A stretch of 64,000 bases of DNA from an uncultured delta proteobacterium (lineage in GTDB: Bacteria > Myxococcota_A > UBA9160 > SMWR01): the NCBI GenBank assembly GCA_963832165.1, contig CAWHTE010000001.1, forward strand, positions 608,001 to 672,000, written 5' to 3'. A program made the position numbers and the translations under genes. Below the pieces are notes generated by a model. It was not told where the DNA came from and searched no databases. It was given only the letters and a program-made list of their open reading frames with translations. This document shows positions 59,553-64,000 of the stretch, piece by piece. The number at the start of each line of letters is the position of its first letter. The stretch's first letter is position 1.

Positions 59553-60002
59553 ATGGCCGACCAACCCCGACGCGCACCCCAGGTGATCGTTCCCTACCTC
59601 GCCTATGACGACGCTCCCGCCGCGATCGCGTTCCTATGCGCGGCATTCGGATTCGAGGAGACCTATCGCCTCGAGATGCCCGATGGTCGGATCGGGCACG
59701 CCGAGCTCAGCTACCGCGGCAACGCACTCATGCTCGCGTCGTCGTATCCGGAGCTCGGGTTCGCGAGCCCAGCCAAGCTGCCGAGCGTGCCGAGCCAGGT
59801 GCACATCGACGTCGAGGACGTGGACGCACACTGCGTTGCCGCGCGCGCGGCCGGGGCAACGATCGCCTCCGAGCCGCACGACGCGCCGCACGGCGACCGC
59901 GAGTACCGCGCCGTCGACCCGGAGGGCCACCGCTGGAATTTCTCCACGCGTCTGCGCGAAATGACGCCTGCCGAGATCCGCGCAGCCTACGGGACCGCGT
60001 AG
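59553..60002 (+). CDS. VOC/glyoxalase family protein
   Basis: PYLAYDDAPAAIAFL..AFGF, HAEL, DPEGHRW. Confidence 0.9.
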   Translation: MADQPRRAPQVIVPYLAYDDAPAAIAFLCAAFGFEETYRLEMPDGRIGHAELSYRGNALMLASSYPELGFASPAKLPSVPSQVHIDVEDVDAHCVAARAAGATIASEPHDAPHGDREYRAVDPEGHRWNFSTRLREMTPAEIRAAYGTA

Positions 60003-60004
60003 CG

Positions 60005-60352
60005 ATGGCCGAGGCCGCGCTCGATCGAACGCTCGCTGCGCTCGCGGATCCCACCCGTCGGCGCGTGGTCGAGCTGCTGCGCCGGCAGCCGCGGCGCGCC
60101 GGCGAGCTCGCCGAGGCGTTCGGCGTGAGCCCGCCCGCGATGAGCCGACACCTGCGCGTGTTGCGGACCCGCGGGCTCGTGGAGGAGGAGCGCGAGGACG
60201 GCGATGCGCGCTGCCGCGTCTACCGGCTGCGGCCCGAGCCGTTCCGCGATCTCGCGTCGTGGCTCGCCGAGGTCGAGGCGTTCTGGAGCGATCAGCTCGG
60301 CGCGTTCAAGCGCCACGCCGAGCGCGCGCAGCGCAAGGGCGGCCGCCGTTGA
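60005..60352 (+). CDS. ArsR/SmtB-family regulator
   Basis: ALADPTRRRVVELL, SPPAMSRHLRVL..GLV. Confidence 0.92.
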   Translation: MAEAALDRTLAALADPTRRRVVELLRRQPRRAGELAEAFGVSPPAMSRHLRVLRTRGLVEEEREDGDARCRVYRLRPEPFRDLASWLAEVEAFWSDQLGAFKRHAERAQRKGGRR

Positions 60353-60846
60353 TCGCCGGAGACGCGGTGCTTGTGACGTCGCGCGTGGAGGTCGATCCGG
60401 ACACCGCGTTTCGCGTGTTCACCGACGAGGTCGACGCCTGGTGGCGCGGCGGTCCGCGCTTCCGCTGGTATCCGGAGCGCGGCGGCACGCTGCGCTTCGA
60501 GGCGAAGGAGGGCGGGCGCTTCCTCGAGGAGTACCCGAGCGGCGAGAGCTTCGAGGTCGGCAGGATCCGCGTCTGGGATCCGCCGCGCCGGCTCGTGTTC
60601 GGGTTTCGCGCGCGCAACTTCGCGCCCGGCGAGGACACCGAGGTGGAGGTGCGCTTCGACGCGCACGGTGAGGCCACCGACGTGACGATCGAGCACCGCG
60701 GCTTCGCCGCGCTGCGCGCCGACCACCCGGCGCGCCACGGCATGGATTCCAACGCGTTCACGAACATGATGGGCGTCTTCTGGGCCGACCTGATCACCGC
60801 CGCGCGGCGCCATGTCGCCGCGCGTCGATCGGAGGAGAGGCGATGA
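60349..60846 (+). CDS. SRPBCC (AHSA1-like) domain protein
   Basis: AFRVFT...WW, WDPPRRLVF, TEVEVRF, IEHRGF; TTG start overlapping ArsR stop. Confidence 0.85.
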   Translation: MIAGDAVLVTSRVEVDPDTAFRVFTDEVDAWWRGGPRFRWYPERGGTLRFEAKEGGRFLEEYPSGESFEVGRIRVWDPPRRLVFGFRARNFAPGEDTEVEVRFDAHGEATDVTIEHRGFAALRADHPARHGMDSNAFTNMMGVFWADLITAARRHVAARRSEERR

Positions 60847-61241
60847 GCGACGACAAGGGATTCGATCTCGAAACGACCTATCTCGTGCTGGCCGACGGAC
60901 CCGAAGCGCGCCGCATCGAAGTGGGGCCCGACTTCTGGCAGACGATCGACCAGCGCGGCGATCTCGCAGGCCGGATGGTCGCGATCTTCCGCTACGAGGC
61001 GGACTGGAACAATTGGGAGATGCATCCCGACGGCGACGAGATCGTGATGCTGCTCTCGGGCGCCATCGATCTCGTGCTCGAGGAAGCAGGCGGCGAGCGC
61101 ACCGTGGAGCTGCGCGATCGCAGCACGGTGATCGTCCCGCGCGGCATCTGGCACACGGCGAACGCCCGCGGTCCGAGCGAGGCGCTCCACATCACGCGCG
61201 GTGCCGGCACGAGGCACCGACGGCGCGCTGCGGACCGCTAG
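60843..61241 (+). CDS. Cupin domain protein
   Basis: WEMHPDGDE, VPRGIWHTA. Confidence 0.88.
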   Translation: MSDDKGFDLETTYLVLADGPEARRIEVGPDFWQTIDQRGDLAGRMVAIFRYEADWNNWEMHPDGDEIVMLLSGAIDLVLEEAGGERTVELRDRSTVIVPRGIWHTANARGPSEALHITRGAGTRHRRRAADR

Positions 61242-61308
61242 CGCGTCTCGCGAAAATGGTTACGCGCGCGGAGCGGAACCGCGCGCGCGCTGCTTCGGAA
61301 GCCGGGGC

Positions 61309-61343
61309 GAGAAAGGCCGTGCTCGGCGGGCACGAGCACGGCC
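61309..61343 (-). terminator. Probable intrinsic terminator
   Basis: Perfect 11-bp stem GGCCGTGCTCG / CGAGCACGGCC with 7-nt loop, followed by TTTCT on minus strand. Confidence 0.55.
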
Positions 61344-61453
61344 CCGAAATCAGGTCAGCGCAAAACCCAGCTGAAGAACCAGATCCGCAGGAGCTCGGAT
61401 TCGAGATTGTTGTGCGCGATGGTGCGGCCACCGCGCTCCGCTTTTCCCGTTGA
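61309..61453 (-). ncRNA. Candidate sigma54-dependent small RNA (~140 nt)
   Basis: Lies between a sigma54 motif and a terminator hairpin; several stem-loops; no credible ORF. Confidence 0.45.
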
Positions 61454-61463
61454 TAGAGGCGCA

Positions 61464-61480
61464 AGCATGCCGCGTGCCAA
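61464..61480 (-). promoter_or_regulatory. sigma54 -24/-12 promoter
   Basis: Minus strand TTGGCAC-GCGGC-ATGCT (GG-N10-GC) with AT-rich upstream region. Confidence 0.65.
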
Positions 61481-61646
61481 AAGCTTGGCAGCGCGGATTT
61501 CCTCAATGAGGATGGGCTAGTGCGTCACCTTACGACGATCCAGGCTTCCCTGAACTGAGGAACGAGTGTTCCTCAATCGGGCAGAACGGGATGAAAAAAA
61601 TGGAAACATTTGTATCTCGAACGACAGTTGGGGCTCCGCGCGCCGA

Positions 61647-62039
61647 TCACTCGCGGGGCGACGCGTGCTCGAGCACGCGAGCGCGCTGCGCTCTCGCATC
61701 GCGCAGCGGCTCGCTGCGCAGCGCGTGAACCTCGCGCGCGTCGAAGTGTGGGCTCGGCTCCACACCGGACATTTCGCGCATCACCCAGTTGAGCAGCGCG
61801 GCGAGCCGGGTGTCGTCGAGCGACGACTGCGCGACGCCGGGCACGCGCACGAGATACGCGCGTCCCTCCGCGGTCGCGAGGAACGAGGAGAGCCCCGTGA
61901 GCGGAGGAACGACGTCGGGCACGCCCGCGCCGCCTCCCTGATGGCACCCCGAGCAATGCAGCAGGTAGTCCTCGTCGGGCAGCGGAGCGGCGCCCGCGGC
62001 GGCGGCCGCGCAGAGGACGAGCGCGGCGGCGCGCTTCAT
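61647..62039 (-). CDS. Small monoheme c-type cytochrome
   Basis: Signal peptide, CSGCH heme motif, GRAYLVRVPGV; ATGA overlap with mauA. Confidence 0.85.
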   Translation of the reverse strand: MKRAAALVLCAAAAAGAAPLPDEDYLLHCSGCHQGGGAGVPDVVPPLTGLSSFLATAEGRAYLVRVPGVAQSSLDDTRLAALLNWVMREMSGVEPSPHFDAREVHALRSEPLRDARAQRARVLEHASPRE

Positions 62040-62584
62040 CGCTCCGGCTGCGGCTCGGTGGCCTGGCCGACCACGATCGCTACGGAGCAGTGATACACGA
62101 GCGACTTTGCCGTCGTGCACCAGTTGATGTCGTTGTTGCGGACCCAGTGGTAGTCGGGTCGCTCTCCCTCGTTGCGGTTGCAGCCGCAGCGCCCGCACCA
62201 TCCCTTCCCGCAGCAGTCGTTGTACGAGATGATGTAATCCTTGCCATCGGCCGGATTGCGACAGGTGCCGACCCAGCTGACCGGCGACATCTCGGATCCG
62301 GGCGGGCACGCCGAGGCGGAACCACCGCAGCACGCGCACGCGAAGCCGTCGATCGCGCAGTGCCGCCAGTACTCACAGCTCGTCTGGTCTCCTTCCGGGC
62401 CGGTGATCGGCTCGTCGGGCGTGGGCACGCGCGGGCTGTCCGCCGCGCCGCGCGCGACCGGCAGGAGCGGCACGGCCGCAGCTCCGATCAGCAGTCCACC
62501 CAGCCGCGCGAGGAAGGTGCGGCGTCCCACGCGGCGCGCGAGTCCGCGCACCGCGCGCTCGATCTGCGCGTCGAGGTCGGTCAC
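62036..62584 (-). CDS. mauA: TTQ-dependent amine dehydrogenase light chain
   Basis: Tat motif RRTFL; CEYWRHCAIDG..C.CCGG, SWVGTC, YNDCCG, NDINWC (both TTQ Trp positions). Confidence 0.95.
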   Translation of the reverse strand: MTDLDAQIERAVRGLARRVGRRTFLARLGGLLIGAAAVPLLPVARGAADSPRVPTPDEPITGPEGDQTSCEYWRHCAIDGFACACCGGSASACPPGSEMSPVSWVGTCRNPADGKDYIISYNDCCGKGWCGRCGCNRNEGERPDYHWVRNNDINWCTTAKSLVYHCSVAIVVGQATEPQPER

Positions 62585-63216
62585 GTGGTGCTTCCTCCCG
62601 CGTCGGGTCGCAGCTCACCCGCGCGAAGCGTGCGCGCGAGGTGGGCCTGGATCGTGGGCGCGCCGAGCCGCTCGGCTTCGAACAGGCTCTCGACGTGCTC
62701 GCGCGTGTTCACGAGGCCCTTCGCGCGCACGGTGCCGGCGGCGTCGATCAGCACCGCGTAGGGAAGCTTCGCCACTTCGAAGCGCAGCCCGAGCTCGCGC
62801 GAGAGGACGTAGCTCGCCGGATCGAGGCGCTGCTCGCGCGCGAACGCGGTGTGCTCGGCGAGGTCGCCGTCGCTCGCGTAGACGAGGCGCACGCGATCCT
62901 CACCGGCCACGACGCGTTGCAGGGTCGGCAGCAGGGTCTTGCACATCGGACAGGTCGGCGACCCGAAGAACAAGAGCGTGCTGCGCCCGGCCTCGTCCGC
63001 ACCGCCGATCCGGATCGACGCGCCGGACAACGCGGGCGCGAGCAGCACGGGCGCGGGCTCGCCCGCGGCGGGTCCGCGTGCGATCGCGAGTGCGCCGAGA
63101 GGCGCGAGGCGTTCGTGCAGCACGCCGAGCTGCCGCGCGAGCGCCGCGACGACGCCTGCGAGCACCACCACGAGCAGCCAGAGCAGGGCATTCGAAACGA
63201 GCAGGGCGTCCATCAT
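62581..63216 (-). CDS. mauD: Methylamine dehydrogenase accessory protein MauD
   Basis: LARQLGVLHERLAPLGAL, SPTCPMCK, KLPYAVL, KGLVNTREHVESL. Confidence 0.93.
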   Translation of the reverse strand: MMDALLVSNALLWLLVVVLAGVVAALARQLGVLHERLAPLGALAIARGPAAGEPAPVLLAPALSGASIRIGGADEAGRSTLLFFGSPTCPMCKTLLPTLQRVVAGEDRVRLVYASDGDLAEHTAFAREQRLDPASYVLSRELGLRFEVAKLPYAVLIDAAGTVRAKGLVNTREHVESLFEAERLGAPTIQAHLARTLRAGELRPDAGGSTT

Positions 63217-63737
63217 GCCGACCTCCCGAGGCGCGCCGCGCTGAACGCGAGCGATTGCGCGGCGATCCACACGAACGAGAGCGCGGCCGCGCACGCGGCC
63301 ACCGAGAGCGCATCGATCCAGACCAGCTCGCGGCTCGACACGGGAAGCGCGGCGGGGAGCGCGACCGCTGCGAGCAATGCGTTGCGCAGGAGCAGGCCGT
63401 GCGAGAGCGGTTGCGGGTGTGCGGAGCAGCCGCAGTCGATCTCGCGTCGACCGCGCGCGAGGTTGATCGCGATCGCGCCCGAGTAGAGCGCGAGCAGCGA
63501 CGCGGCGGCGGCGCTCGCGCCGACTGCGCTCGCGGGCCAGAGGAGACCGAGCGCCACGGCGGTTTCGCACGCGGCGAACGCGCACGCGATCGCGGGCACG
63601 AGGGCGCTCGGCACGAGGCGATGCGCTGCGACGGCTTCCGAGAACCCGCGCAGATCGCGCCATTTGTGGAGCGCGGCGGCGGCGAACACGCCCGCCAGCA
63701 CGAGGCGCGCCACCCATGCGGCGATCGGGTCGATCAT
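63213..63737 (-). CDS. mauE: Methylamine utilisation membrane protein MauE
   Basis: AALHK, INLARGRREIDCGC, LLRN; position between mauB and mauD. Confidence 0.9.
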   Translation of the reverse strand: MIDPIAAWVARLVLAGVFAAAALHKWRDLRGFSEAVAAHRLVPSALVPAIACAFAACETAVALGLLWPASAVGASAAAASLLALYSGAIAINLARGRREIDCGCSAHPQPLSHGLLLRNALLAAVALPAALPVSSRELVWIDALSVAACAAALSFVWIAAQSLAFSAARLGRSA

Positions 63738-63738
63738 C

Positions 63739-64000
63739 TCAATGCACTCCCATCGTGGGGCCCGCAATCCCGACCTCGTCGATGTTGCGCAGGTGCTCGC
63801 CCGTGCGCGCGTCGAGCACCACGACCACACCGACCTCGGCGTTGCGCACGAACAGCAGCGGCGCCGCATCCTGGGTCACCAGCAGCGAGTGCGCTCCGTC
63901 GCTCGAGATCCAGCGCTGGAGACTCCGGTGGAACCAGCCGCCCGAGGTGACACCGAGCCGCGGAGCGACGTAGGCGGTCATGAAGCTCGGAAGCGCGAAG
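63739..64000 (-). CDS. mauB: Amine dehydrogenase heavy chain, C-terminal part (truncated by window edge)
   Basis: VTQDAAPLLF...VLDARTGEHLRNI propeller C-terminus; gene order B-E-D-A. Confidence 0.7.
   Translation of the reverse strand, partial: FALPSFMTAYVAPRLGVTSGGWFHRSLQRWISSDGAHSLLVTQDAAPLLFVRNAEVGVVVVLDARTGEHLRNIDEVGIAGPTMGVH

Overview
High-GC (about 70% by eye), gene-dense bacterial chromosomal window. Gene content (many amidohydrolases, acyl-CoA/lipid-catabolism enzymes, a PEP-CTERM protein, a RedB-like gene, a mauBEDA cluster) suggests a Myxococcota/Binatia-like environmental bacterium; this is inference only. About 65 CDS; no rRNA, tRNA or CRISPR array seen. At least seven genes carry indels, probably long-read assembly errors. 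Most notable: (1) a membrane-anchored FtsH-type AAA+ ATPase that lacks the M41 protease domain, ends in an apparent Sm/Hfq-like domain, and is followed by an M50 site-2 protease (48618-50618); (2) a UGA-interrupted WAxxUGC thioredoxin-fold selenoprotein with a SECIS-like hairpin (14573-15628); (3) a candidate sigma54-driven ~140-nt sRNA with a terminator (61309-61480); (4) a RedB-like module with an unannotated 59-aa ORF and a kinase-less membrane sensor (45572-47083); (5) a ~140-nt rod-like inverted-repeat element next to IS-end-like repeats (21906-22130); (6) a TTQ amine dehydrogenase cluster followed by a cytochrome c. All family assignments are by motif recognition, not database searches.
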